A stretch of DNA of 64,000 nucleotides from Camelus ferus (taxonomy: Eukaryota). The translations under genes and the position numbers were made by a program. The stretch lies in assembly GCF_009834535.1 (NCBI RefSeq), contig NC_045697.1, positions 35,590,001 to 35,654,000 on the forward strand, read 5' to 3'. Each line of letters begins with the position of its first letter. Position 1 is the first letter of the stretch. Shown here piece after piece: positions 38,201-51,347 of the stretch. The notes beneath the pieces are model-generated. The model saw only the letters and a list, made by a program, of their open reading frames with translations. It was not told the origin of the DNA and did no database searches.

Positions 38201-40293
38201 CCTTGTGGGAGTTGAGAAAACTGCAAATACATTGTCCTTGGCACAAAATGAAATGAGAATTGGGGTCTGGAGCTGTTACAGGGTTTTGTGGATACTTAGG
38301 GAGAACAGAACCCTGAGACAGAGGACAGCTGGCTTGTTTCTCCCAGGCTTTGCTTGGGGTGTGGGGTCTTCTCTGCCCAAAGACTTACTCTGGTTGAAGT
38401 GAGAAACCTCAGTGCCTGTGATGTGTCCATTGTCCCAGAAAACCTTACCAGTCTTTGGTGGCAAATCTGGAGTTTTCCATCCTCATTTGCTCCACGGAAA
38501 GAGAGCTAGCTGGAGAAATTGAATCCCTTCTCCTGCTCTGCCACTTCCTGGTTTATGACTCACATCTTTTATCTTTCACTATTTGTGCAAGAAAGGCGAT
38601 AATGTCTCTAGACCTACCTCGTGAGACTTGTGTGAGACAACAGTTATGGAAGGAAGCAGATTATTAAAGTGTCTAGCAGTTCTGGTGAAGTCACAATGGC
38701 TTCTCCTGAATCGGATATGAAAAGAGAACTGTGTTTATATGTAAGGGATAAACTGCCTCAAGAACTCCTCTTATCTTAATTCCTTAGAGGAGTGGGAACC
38801 GATTTAGTACGACCTGGTTTAAAACTTGGTCTGATTCCATGATTTAAAGTTATTCATGTTTTGTATGTCACCCCTGTAGATAGATGGAAAAAATGGTAGT
38901 TTAACTCCCAATGTGTACCTTTGATTTTTTACGTAAAAATTAAAATCAGTATTGAAAAAGAAAAAAATGAATTTTTTCATGTTTAATCCAGTGTCTCGGG
39001 GAATATAGTTCCCAGTGTTTCAGATTTCTTCCTTCTTTCCCCTACTCTTTTCCGAGATGGTGCCCAAGCGTGCAGGAGATGGGTTTCCACAGTCTTGTAG
39101 GAAAGGGGTCTTGGGACGTAGTGCTGGACTTTCCACATGCACAGCGTGTGTCCCCCTGAACGACGGCTGGCCCGGTCCCACCCTTTAACGTTCTGCTGGC
39201 ATCTCTGCTGATGCAGCAGGTTCTACATGTGTGGTCTGGTCTTTCTCAGGCAGGTCAGGATCTAGTTGCTCTTCCCTGTCCCCTGACTCCCACCTCTTTT
39301 GGAAGGCCCTGCCATGGGTCCATACAACTCCTGGTCCAGGCTGTCTAGCTGGCAGTAGAGGCTTCGGGGGTGCTTGTTTCACTCAAAGTGGGCACCATGC
39401 AGGTCGCTGGTTTCAACCCAGCATTCATGAAACACAGGAGACTGGGGGCCCCAGGAGGGCAAGCTGAATGCTCTCTGTCACATTCCAAGACACTGTCAGT
39501 TCAGGGTTCTCCTGCCCAGCGGTCTCCAGCTGGTCCCCAGCAGCCTGCAGGGCAGGAGATCCTCCTAACTAAGCCGCTGAGCCTTCTTCCCACTCAGGAG
39601 TAGGGAGCTGGGCACAGATCCCATCTCTGCCTCTGCCTCACTTCGTTATCCTTCTAGGCTGATGGGGCAGGCTTCTTTTTTACCCACCCTCCTGTCTACT
39701 TGGGTTTCCTGCATCAAACTCCTTCTGTGGGTCTCCTGCAGTTTTCTCTCTGCTTTTTAAGGCTCTCTTTTTTACCAAATTATTCTCTATTTTCTCCCAA
39801 ATTAGGGAAGAAATACATATAATAGCCATTAAGTTTTTTATGGAAGGACACACAAGAAATGTTTAATAGCAGTTACCTCTGAGGAAAGCCAACAGGGGTG
39901 AGCATTTTTGTTTTAATTTTATACACTCTGGGATGTTTGAATTTCCAAATCATGTGAAGTATTATTTTTACTCTTTCTGTAATATCAAAAAGGGTGGAAT
40001 ACAACTTTCTTGAGATAACTTAAAGATGCAATATTTAATCTTAGAATATTTAACTTTGGTAGAAATGATGGGCACAGAAGAAATCTTGGTGCCGTAAACT
40101 AGATGCTGGTAAAATTTGGTATGAAATAAAATGTAGGAATAAATCAAATCTCCATTGTAAGTTTGAAATAAAAAGGAATCAATACTAATTACACAATTTT
40201 AGTAAAATGAAAAACAGAGGTGGGGGAGGAAGCTTTTAAATAGAAAATTACCAAGTAGAAAATTAACCGAGAAATTAGAGTGGCTTGTTAGGT

Positions 40294-40760
40294 TGTAGAC
40301 TGCCTTCCATATCCGTTTTCCCCACTTTCTCAGCAGCGTCCTGGGCAAGGTACCTGCTGAAAACTACATCCCCCAGCATTCCTTGTTGTTAAGTGTAGCC
40401 ACGTGCCTGTGTTCTGGCCAATGACGTGTAAGGAGATCTGGTGGGTGGGATTTCTGAAAAGGCTTTTTAAGAAGAGGAAATGAACCTTTCCTCTTCCTTT
40501 TTCCTTCTGTTGTAACTGATTTCCAGCAGTCTTCAGACCAGAATGGGGCCCTTAGAGGTGAAAACCACAGGCTGAGGAGAGAGGAATGGGAGAATCAGAG
40601 AGGCATGGGTCCTAGTGACTTCATGGAATCACAATATCACCCTTGGAGGGCCTGTCTCCAGACTTCTTTCACACAAGAGAGTACATTCTTGTGTGATCAA
40701 TATATTATTTTTTTCCAGGTCTCAGTTTACACACAGCTGAATATAATTTCTAGCTGACAT
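40294..40760 (+). mobile_element. MaLR LTR, MLT1H/I/J-like
   Basis: aaaactacatcccccagcattcctt...agccacgtgcctgtgttctggccaatga...ccagacttctt. Confidence 0.65.
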
Positions 40761-41599
40761 GTTGGCTTTATTATGTTTTCTGAAAGATGGTTTTTGGAAA
40801 TTCATCAATATTTATATCATTCAATTCTGATTGAAACATATAGAGAAATAGTCCTTAGTATCAAGAGCTTGAGATCAAAATTTCCACCAGATCAAGATGG
40901 CAAAGTGTCCTGTACTCTGAAGATATACTTTTAAAAATAAAAATCTCTGTACAATTTAAGGATTTATGTTATTGAGATGTCACATGGCAACTTCAAACAG
41001 ATTCCATTTTCTCTCATACTTTTTCAAACCTTGAATTACAAACGTCTTTCATGGCAGAGGTTGCTGGGAAAATACACATCTCATGGCCTACACGTTCATT
41101 CTGTCTGGACACCCTGTTCTCCAACTGGGCTCAAATACCTGTGGTTTGCATTTGCCTGGGGCAGGGCAAGTGCAACCAGCTGGGAGATTTCAGTGGGAAA
41201 TTCTTGATTAAATACAATGGTTGTGTAACTCAGATATCATCTGAGGTCTCCTGCGCCCTTGTGATCTAGACAGGAGTGGCCTAACCCCCCAGATAAAGAT
41301 CTCAAATGAAGTTCAAAGTCCACCCAAGATTCTGAAATTCATTGTTACTCCTGGCTCTGATTTCCTGTGTCCTCTGAAGTCTTGTTTTACATTCTGTATC
41401 AGTGCTGTTTCAGTTTTCTCTGCCCCATACTACTCCAAATTTAGAATTTTCCTCCTGATCTCTGTCCCCAAAACAATTGTGAATACACAGCTCTGGATTA
41501 TAGTAGAACTTTTACTAAAGGTCCATGGATTATGAGGAAGCTTCACAACACCACACTGCACAGTAATCAGTGTAAAATTACATATTAAATAGTTTTATT

Positions 41600-42723
41600 C
41601 TTTTTAGACTTTATTGAGGTATAACTGATACAGAAAAAATTGCACACATGTAATGTATATATCTTGAAGAGTTTGGACATATGCATACATCTGTGATATC
41701 ATCACCACAACCAACGTACAAAACCTAGGCATCACCTCTAAAAATTTCCTGTGTTCTCTTGCATTTTATTTTTTCTTGTAAGAACAATTGAGATCTATCC
41801 TATTAACATATTTCAAAGTGCACAGTGCCATGTTGTTAGATATAGGTACTGGATTGTACAGCAGATCTCTAGAATTTATTCATCTTGCAGAACAGAAACT
41901 TTACACCTGTTGAAAAACAATTCTGCATCCCCCTCTCCCCCAGCCTCCGGCAGATACCATTCTATTCTTAGCTTCTATGAGTTTGACTATTTTTAGATAC
42001 CTCATACAGGTAGTATCATGCACATTTGTCCTGTGATTGATTGGCTTATTTCACTTGGCATAATATCCTCTAGTTTCATCCATGTTGTCACAAATGGTGG
42101 GATTTCCTTTTTAAAGGCTGAATAATATTCCACTCTATGCATATACCACATTTTCTTTATCCATTCATCTGTCCATTTGGGTTGTCTCCAACCTAGTCTT
42201 GGTTATTGTCAGTCATGCCACAATGAACATGGGGGTATAGATATTTCTTTGAGTTCTTGATTTCAGTTCCTTTGGATATGTACCCAGAAGTGGAATTGCT
42301 GGGTCATGTGGTAGTTCTATTTTTTACATTTTTGAGAGCTTCCATATTGTTTCCCATAGTGACTGCATCATTCTGTGTTCCCACTAAAGTGTACAAGGGT
42401 TTCAGTTTCTCCACATCCTTGCCAACACTTGGTCTTGGATGTTGGTTTTCTTTTTTTTTTTTTTTTTAATTGAGATGTAGTCAGTTTACTATGTTGTGCC
42501 ATTTCTGGTGTACAGCACAGTGCTTCAGTCATACATGGATACACATATATTCATTTTCATATTCTTTTTGAATGATGGCTATTCTGACTGGTGTGAGGTG
42601 GTATCTCATTGTAGTTTTGATTTGCATTTCTCTGATAATTAATGATATTGAGTATTTTCCCCATGTGCCTATTGGCCATTCGTATGTCTTCACTGGAGAA
42701 TTGCTTGTTTAGGTCTTCTGCCC
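41600..42723 (-). mobile_element. L1 3' UTR and ORF2 end (older L1MA/B) with a younger L1 3' end nested at ~42448-42570
   Basis: L1 3' motifs. ORF 42557..42883(-) carries [20 protein letters not shown]; a second poly-T plus L1 terminus sits at 42448. Confidence 0.85.
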
Positions 42724-43069
42724 CCAAACAACCCAACCCAAAAATGGTCTTGGATGTTGTTTTAAGACATCTGTCACCACCAGCATCTCTCCCTAGTTCT
42801 GCCACACCGTACACTGCCCAGGCCTCTTGCTGCTTTGCTCGCTCTTCTTCTCTCTTAATTTCCTTTCTTTCTCCTTCACCCACGTATGGCCTGAATTACT
42901 GCTAGAAATTCCACACTCCTCTAGCTCAGTTTCCTGCAGCCCTTATTCCCCCTGCACTCTCAGGCCCATTTTTTCAGGACCAGAATCCATCAAGGTGTTT
43001 GGTTGAGTGAAAACTGTCATTTCTTTGGTTAAACCATCCTCCCTACAAGGAAGAGAGCTCTCACTTCTT

Positions 43070-43183
43070 AGTCCACTGGCACCTTGATCTCAGACTTCCG
43101 GCCTCCAGAAATGTGAGAAATAAATGTTATTTAAACCACCCAGTCCATAATATTTTGTTACAGCAGCCAAGCTGACTAAGACA
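43070..43183 (+). mobile_element. MLT1 LTR 3' fragment
   Basis: ctggcaccttgatctcagacttccggcctccagaaatgtgagaaataaatg...ctgactaagaca. Confidence 0.8.
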
Positions 43184-43339
43184 ATTGCAGTCTGTGAATG
43201 CAGGCCTAAAATGGCCACACCCTACAATTTTTACAAGAAAAGCTGACATTTTTTGGTATTTAAAACAACAAGTGAGCCAAATGAAACAAAATCGTAAGCT
43301 GAAGGCGGCCTCTGGGTCACCACTTTGCAGCTTCTCCTG

Positions 43340-43530
43340 TGATGATTAAGAGTTCGGGCTCTAACATCAGAAAGGCCGGAGCTTCTCAAGGCGGAGCACT
43401 TATTAGCTGTGTGTCCTTGGGCCAATTCATTTATCTTCTCTGAGGTTAGTTCTCTCATCTGTAAAGTAAGCATAATAATAGCACCCTATGGAGTTAAATG
43501 AGATCATTTAGGAAAAGTAGCATGGTGCTG
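43340..43530 (+). mobile_element. MIR SINE
   Basis: cacttattagctgtgtgtccttgggcc...gttctctcatctgtaaagt. Confidence 0.75.
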
Positions 43531-43544
43531 GACAAAAAGAAAAT

Positions 43545-43905
43545 GTTAAAGTGAGCTAATCTGAAAAGGCTACATACTGTATGATTCCAACTCCATGACA
43601 TTCTGGAAAAGACAAAACTATGGAGACTGTAAAAAGGTTAGCGGAGGGAAGGAGAAATGAATAGGTGGAGCACAGGGGATTTTTAGGGCAGTGAACCTAT
43701 TCTGTATGATACTATAATGGTAAATACACATCATCATACATTTTTCAAAACTTGTAGAATGTACAATACAGGGAACCCTAATGTAACTATGGGTTTTAAT
43801 AATAATAATGAATTAATATTATCTCATCAGCTATAACAAATATGTCACACTAATGCCAGATGTTAATAATAAGGGAAACTGGGGGTGGGATGAGAAGATA
43901 GATGG
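43545..43905 (+). mobile_element. Old L1 (L1MB/MC) 3' UTR
   Basis: aatctgaaaaggctacatactgtatgattccaact...ttctggaaaagacaaaactatggagac. Confidence 0.8.
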
Positions 43906-43967
43906 GAAAAACATGTTAAAATGAATGATGGTTATTGATGATGAAGATGATTATAGTGATTATCCTT

Positions 43968-44520
43968 GTATCAAGCAGTTACTTCTGTAGACCAAGCCAC
44001 TGCAAATCTTCATGGTTTAAGACAATAACTACGTATTATTGGCCACAAGCCCATGGGGCAGCTGTGTGGTTCTGAGGACTTGGGCCAGGGTTGGCTGACG
44101 TCAGCTGGATTTGCTCATCCCTCTGCAATCAGCTGCAGACCAACAAGCTCGTCTTGGCTAGACTCTGTCACGCAGGGCCCTTGGACCAGGTACCACGTGT
44201 ACCGTAGGTACCAGTGGGGGTCACAGCTTGTACAATCAGGTCAACTGACCATGGGCCGTGTGTTCTTTCATTCTCCATCAGGCTTGCTCAGGTCTGTTCA
44301 CGTGGTGGAGGAAAGGGTCAGGGAGAGGGGAGAGTGCAATGCCTTGAATGCTGTTACTTCTTCCACATACTATTGGCCAGAGCAAGTTACAAGGGCAGCC
44401 CAGATCCAAGAACTGGGGACTCAGGCTGCATCTCTTGATGGTAGGAACTGCAATACTGCATTGCAAAGGGCATGGATGCAAAGAAGGAAGAGGGATAATG
44501 CAGCTGTTTCATTATCCAGA
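43968..44520 (-). mobile_element. MaLR LTR, MLT1F/G/H-like
   Basis: tattggccagagcaagttacaagggcagcccagatccaag...catctcttgatggtaggaactgcaa. Confidence 0.7.
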
Positions 44521-47500
44521 CAATCTACCAAACTGAGGATAATGGAGATTTCTTCTTATCACCCCTCAACCTGCTCTTAAGATTCTTTTTCCAGATTTAA
44601 TTGGCTATATCTCTGTCACATTTTCTTTTTCCTATCTGCAGGTTTGGATTGGAAAGCTGAACTTGACAAGAGCCTAAAATTTTAATGCGGAGAGACTAAG
44701 GGAATACAAAAATCACTCATGTCTGCTACCCAAATCTGCACTGGAAAAATCTGGACCTTAAAATATGGGAGATGTTGTGAAAGGGGCCTATAAACCTGTC
44801 ACAGTCCTCGTGAACGTGTGTCAACAACTCTAATTTTTATCAAAAGCAATGATTTTTGTTGCTCAGTTACATTGGAAAAAGAAAATTCAACTCCATTTAC
44901 CACAATTTATGAAGCCCTGAGACACCCAAACATGACTCATAACCTTTGCTGGGAGGATAAGCATAAGAGCTGCCCTGGGAAAAAATATGGCGCTTATACT
45001 GTGCTTAACTTGGCTGGAGAAATTCAGTGACATTTGAGGGAGAAATGTTCTTACAACTTATGCACCAAGGGCCGTGGGGCTCACCATCTGCCCTTGGGCT
45101 GTTGTTTACTTCTGTGGACAAGCAGTGCGCAATTTACTGGAAAACTATTTTAGAAAACCCCCAAACCACCACATTATGGAGAAATAGAGTTGAACATTTT
45201 CCAGTTTTGTGGTTGAATTTATAGTCTTAGCCCTAAGAAAATATTTAAAATCATCTTCATTGACTCAGTACTTCAGATGCACCAAGGGGAGAACCCTAAA
45301 CACCATTAACTGCTGAAGGCAAGTGTTGAGTTTACCCCTGCCCTAGTGTGTCACTGACAGCCGTGCTCTGTCTTGTCCTCTCTTGACCCCAGGATGTGGG
45401 AGACTCCTTTGAATGAACGGAAGCTCTTCCTATCTCCTAGGGGGTCTGGTTGTGCTGAACAGTCCCACACCTCTCTCTTTATCTTATCCCTCCTCTTAAA
45501 TTCTGCCAGGGAGGCAGTAATTCTCAAAGCAGTCTTATTTCTCCAACACTCAGGAGGCAATTGTGGGAAGGTTTTCTGCCAGCCAGAGGCCAAGGCAAAG
45601 TGCCAAAGTTGCTGCCTCTCTCTTTCCATGTCTTTCAACCTTGGATGTTTCTAGAATAATGTTTCCCAAAGTGTATTCCGTGGAACACAGTTGGATGAAA
45701 TGATTCTCAAGAAAGGGTTCCGTGGGTTCCCTCAAGGGCACATGTTTTCTAACACTTAGCACAGCATCTGGCAGGGAGCAGGGATTCAGTGACTACTTGC
45801 TGAATGACTGAATTAGATCAGTGTTTTCCAAAAGCGTTCCATGAGGTGATTTGGCCCAGTTGCAGGATTTTGTATTTTAATGATTTTGTGCTCGTTTTAA
45901 TGTGTATTGGTAAAAAGACACTTTTTTTTTTTAATGATTTAACAAATGTTATTGCTCAGAGCATGGCTCATGTGAAAACACGAGCTGATTTAAAGAAAAA
46001 CATTAAGCAAATGGAAGGGCGGTTGGTAGGCAGATATAATGAAAATCGCAAAACTAGTATATGAATGACTGGAGTTTAAGGAAACACTAAGTTTATTGCA
46101 TCCTCTGTGAGCCAAGGCTCTGAAAGGGGACGGAGCATGGGAGAGGGTAAGGATCGCTGCCTGTGGGAGAGAAGGGCCACACTTACTTTCCCTTAAGGCT
46201 GGAAAATCACACTCCAATTGAAACAAACAGGAAGTAATACTTTCTTAAATTCACTCAGTTTGCTGATAAACCATAATGCTTGGTCAAAGAATCCTGGTGA
46301 CAGCTAAAATATAAAATAAATAAATGCATAATAAAATATAAACATATAAATAAATATAAATATAAAAGACAAATGAGACCAGAGATTCCCACCCAGCCAC
46401 TCCAAAGTGGGGCTTGCTCCGGGTCCCTGTAGGTAGGTGCTCAATGGTTTCAGGTTAGGGAGGGTGGGACTGAATTGGGGCATAATGTGATTTTGGTTAT
46501 ATATATGTATATAAATAATAAGATACTTGAATCAGATCAGTTGCTTTCAACTCTTTTGTCCTAAGAATATCTTCCTCAAATGAAATCCTACTTAAAAATC
46601 CTAGACAAATAGAAATAGGATCAAAATGAATCCTATTGATGCAGCTGATGGGCAAAAAGGGTTTGGGCAGAGGGGCTGAGGTGTGGAGAGGCTGAGCTGC
46701 TCCTTCTTGGCCTCACTTCACCTTCTGCTGTGACCCTCAAGTACAGTTTGAAGACCCCCCAGATGAGATGGTTCCTGAGGTTTCCAGCAGATTGAAAATG
46801 CTAGCTTTTAACTTCTTTGGTATCGTGAGAATCAGTAATGTCCAAAGTGCATAGGGTAACTTGCATCAGTGTTTTCCTCATATTTTTCATGGAAACATTT
46901 AAGAGCATAAGAAAGAATTCACATGCTATCCTCACATATCATGCCTGTTCAGTCTGGAAAGGTAGCCGAACGCATGAAACTTTGAGAGCTCCAAGTTTAT
47001 CTTAAGGGGCACAAAGCAGTTCTTACTTGTCCTCCTGATCAGTGCATATTATGTAAGTCTATAAATTGGGGGAACTGGATTGAATGGAAGAGAACCAATG
47101 CTGAACATCAGGTTGGTGTCTGGTAGTTTCTCTACTCTTTTGATGTCAGATTTTGATAACCCAGATTTGTGTACATAAGAATATAAAAATACCAAATATG
47201 TATTTCCCTATAGATTTTTGAGTGAATTGATGCTTCAGGGAGATGTCTTCCTGAGGCTTTGTGTACTCATGGTGCATCTTAAATTCCTGGGGAGTATGCA
47301 TCTACCTGATATTGGGTATCAAATATACAGTTGCTAAGGGGCAGTGTGTAGATATGGGGAGATGTTTTATGGCATTGACCAAAAGTGATACATGTTTTCA
47401 CAATGCAGCATTGTCTTTAGCTTGGACTCTCAGTGGAAAGTGACTCTTGCCAACAAAGGATGCACCTTCCCATTTCTACAGGATGTTCCCTAAGGGGGAA

Positions 47501-48769
47501 CCCAGGTTAGAGGCACATGGAGTTGCAGCATCATAAAGCCATAGTCAATATTCTGCAGAGGATATTGGAAATTAACAACAAGATCTTCCTGAGGATTGCC
47601 TAAGCGAAGAGTGAGCTCTATCTGTCATTGGAAGTAAGGTCTTGGAAGCCAGAAATGGACATCCCAGTGCAGATGGTTCTGTTAGCCCTTGGTAGGGTTA
47701 TAACCAGTTCCTCAGAGAGGGGGACAATTGAGTGATGCTGGAACTCAATGTCTTCTCCACTTACTGTGTATGCGTGCAATAGCTGGATTCTACTATAGGA
47801 TCACTCTAGATCACAAGTGCCTTAGAGGCAGGCACCATATTGTTTTTTTCTGACACTCTTATGTATCCGGAATATAGCACAACACTTGGCATTTAGTAGT
47901 TGTTCATTTTACACATGAGAAAACTTTGCCTAAGATTTCACTTTTCAGTAGGTGGTGGAGCCAGGAGTTAAGGCCAGGTCTTCGGGCTATGGTGCTCACA
48001 GCCACCAGGCTAAACTTTCCCCACTGTCTTCACAGGGCATATGTTGGCAGTCCTTTTTATCACCTTCAGTCATGTTGCCTCCAATAAGGTGTTTATGCTA
48101 TACCTTCTTTTCTTTGTTTAAACATACATTTAAATAAATCACTTACCACACAGATGTTTTGGCCTTGAGTTGCCATGTCTCACAAAATGGGAATTCCTTT
48201 CTGTTTTCTTTGTTTTTATTCATAGATGCTGACTGCCAGATTTTATTACCACCCTTTACTGAAAAATATTACTGTCCAGAAGTTGGTTTCCCCATTGCTG
48301 ACAGAAGGCAAACTAATCAGAAGTCTGAAGCAAGTTTTATGGGGCAAAATGAACTTTTAATTCAGCCAAAGAATTGAGTCCATCTTAAATAAGAAGTAAA
48401 AAGTAAGAGTGTCTTCTGGATTAGTGAATATGTGAATCAGGAAGTTAGCCTTAAACAGCCACCAGATGCCTTGATGGTAACATGGATGCGCCCGGAAGAA
48501 TTAGAATGCGACCCTTTGGTCTGTGATGTACTTGCAGGTGGGATACATCATGAATCAAAGCAATGGAGGGTAGCTATAAATTGTGCCAAATCAAACATCT
48601 ACAGTATGCGGTTACCCAGATAAAGTCTGAAACCAGGGTGGGGGGGGGCGGGGAATGGGAAATAGAGGCACAAATCAAGATTGGCTTTATAGGTTTCTGA
48701 GGGGCAGCACTGTGTTATGGAAGCCACGTGATTCTGAAGTGATCTTTAACTGCTCTCACTCCTTTTAAT

Positions 48770-48990
48770 AGAGCAGGCTGTGGAGCCAGGCTGTCTGGGA
48801 TCTCATTCTGGTCCCTGAATTTACTGAGTGATTAATTTCATTAACCTTTATGTTTCAATGTCTCCATCTGTAAACTGAAGCCAGTGCTAACACTTACTTT
48901 GTAGTGGTTTTCTTAGGGCTCAAATGAGTTAATACCCATGAAGTTCTTAGAACAGCACATAATGCTCAATAAATACTCTCTACTACTGTT
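48770..48990 (+). mobile_element. MIR SINE
   Basis: ctccatctgtaaactgaag...caaatgagttaatac...gctcaataaatac. Confidence 0.65.
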
Positions 48991-49054
48991 ATGTCTATAC
49001 GCCTCATGGTCCTCTTTCACTAGAGCTTTGATGATTGCTTACGTGAACTGTGCT

Positions 49055-49197
49055 GCTCTGCTACCTAATTTGGGGGCCCTGGTACAAAACAAAAATTTGA
49101 GGTCCCTTGTTCTAATTATTAAGAATTCTGAGATGCTGATAGCAGAGCATTAACTCAGTAATTGGATAGATCACACACCCATGAAGCTGGCTGTGGA
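49055..49197 (-). mobile_element. hAT-Tip100 MITE, MER91-like
   Basis: gctacctaatttgggggccc...cccttgttc...attattaagaattc...agcagagcattaa...cacacacccatgaagctggc. Confidence 0.65.
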
Positions 49198-51347
49198 AAC
49201 ACGTTATAGAAACTAGAAGGTTTTAGGAAAAACCCGTATACAAAACAAATTGATACAATTTCTTACATCTGGCAAAACCAATGAAATTTGTTTTGTTAAA
49301 AGAAAACGGAGGACAATTTATGAACTATAAACTATTTAAGAAAATAAACTCAGAATTTTCCCTTTGCAAAACTCACCTCCTCTGAAATGTAGCAATCTCC
49401 ACTTGAGTCACAGAGAAAATAAAAACACAAGTGTCAATAGGACATATTTTTTCCAGAATCCACTTTTTGGGTTCTGCAGATTAAGTAAGACAAAGAAATG
49501 CTTTTCCCCACAAATACTCTCTAAAGCTTCAACAACTGACAAATTTAGTATCTGCTTTTGGTTGTTGAGTGCCAGGAAATAATCCTGGCTTAAATTTCTC
49601 TACATCACACATGTCTTTCCAATAAAACAGATTTTGAGCCAAAGAAATAAAGAACCAAACAAACAGCAAACAATAACCGTGATGAGTGAATGAAGAGAAA
49701 AATCAAAGTTTTATAAATTTCTTGCCAAACCCATCCAGTTTTGGGATATGGTGAAGGTCACAATTACTTGAAACTTATTAGACAGATCAAGGCAATCAAG
49801 AAGAAATTGAATCTCAGCTAAAAAGTGGATCTATGTCATGGGACCATTGGGTAGCGAGTAAATGTAAATATATATATTTAAATTATATTTGGAAAGCTCT
49901 CCACCCATTGTCTAAGATTCTCTGAAGGCCGCATCTGCTGACAATGAGGCAGCCATCCCTGGGCAAATGTTTTTCATATGAGTTGTGTAGATTTCTTTGT
50001 AGTATGAATGAGCTTTAATAATTCCTCTATTTTTGTGTGTATGAGGCTTTCAATAGCCTTTCTTTTTTCATTTAATAAGATTAAGCACAGTTAACCACTC
50101 ATTTTCATACGGATTTAGTTCAAAAAATAAACAGTAATTGTTTGAAAAAATAACCGCTCTTTTATTTCTTGATTTGCCTGCCAGTGACTTTTGACATTCA
50201 CTGTTTACTATTTGACCTAAAGGACAAGAGGCCAGGGGCTGGCAAGAGGGAAAAAAACAGAAAATGAGAAAACCAGATACATGTCTTGAATATTTGAGTC
50301 GTTATCTGTTAAGGATACACCAATAAAAAGAATTTTAATACACACTATGAAGTTGTTAACAGTTTTAACCCATATTATGTAGGTACTAGAAGACCCAAAA
50401 TTCAGCAGAATATATCAGAAAACTGGAACTGAAATGAGCTTGGTGAAATTCAGTAAGAGGTCTAAGAAACTAGAGGAAAAAGTCTCAAGAAAGAGTCTGC
50501 ATCTTTGAAGGTTAGTTATTTTACTTACTTTTTGCTTTTGGTTGAGTAAGCCTGAGGTCTGAATTCAGATTCCTGAATAAATATACCTTTTCAGAGTTAT
50601 CACTAGAAATTTTCCTTTCCTTTAGTCCCCATGCAGATATCTCAATTTTTAAAAAAGATTCAGAAAGATTTTGACTTAGATTTTCAATTTAATTTTTAAA
50701 AATTCCCTACTGAACTTCTTCTTTCATCTGCCCATTTCTCTTCCATGATTTCCATTTTTTGGAATCCTTCTAGAATGTCTTCATGTATATATGAGCACAT
50801 ATATAATATATTGGATAGATTGGTAAGGAAGAGACATTCTTATCTCCACCATTGAAATACACACATGCAAATATACAGTTTTAATTTAAATTGCAGAACA
50901 CAAAAGTCAGGATATCAAATCAACTGACATCTTTAAATAAACACTTGAATATAGTTCCCCAGTGTCCCAGAGCCTCCAGACTCCCCCATTTAGTCCTCAT
51001 GGAAAGGAGTGCGAATGTCTGCTCAAGATCCCAGCTGTAGAAGAATATTCTGCACCTTGCCTTTTTCCCCTTATCAGAGCATCTTGGAGATCTTTCCATA
51101 TCAGTACATAGAAATGGTCTTCAGTCTTTTTTAAAAACTGCATGTATTTTATTGTATAGATGCACCACAGCCCATTTATCCAGAACTTTATTAATGGTAT
51201 GGATTGTTTTCAATTTTCTGCGATTAGAAATAATGCTCAGTGAATTAAGTGCACAGTCATCATTTCATAAAGAGACTTCTAAGAAAAGATTTGACCTGAG
51301 TTTTTAAAAACATCTTCATTGAGCTATATTTAACTATGAACAGTTAT

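Noticed and set aside
44053..44580. 175-aa ORF on the + strand
   Set aside because: Lies within an MLT1 LTR and shows no recognisable protein similarity.
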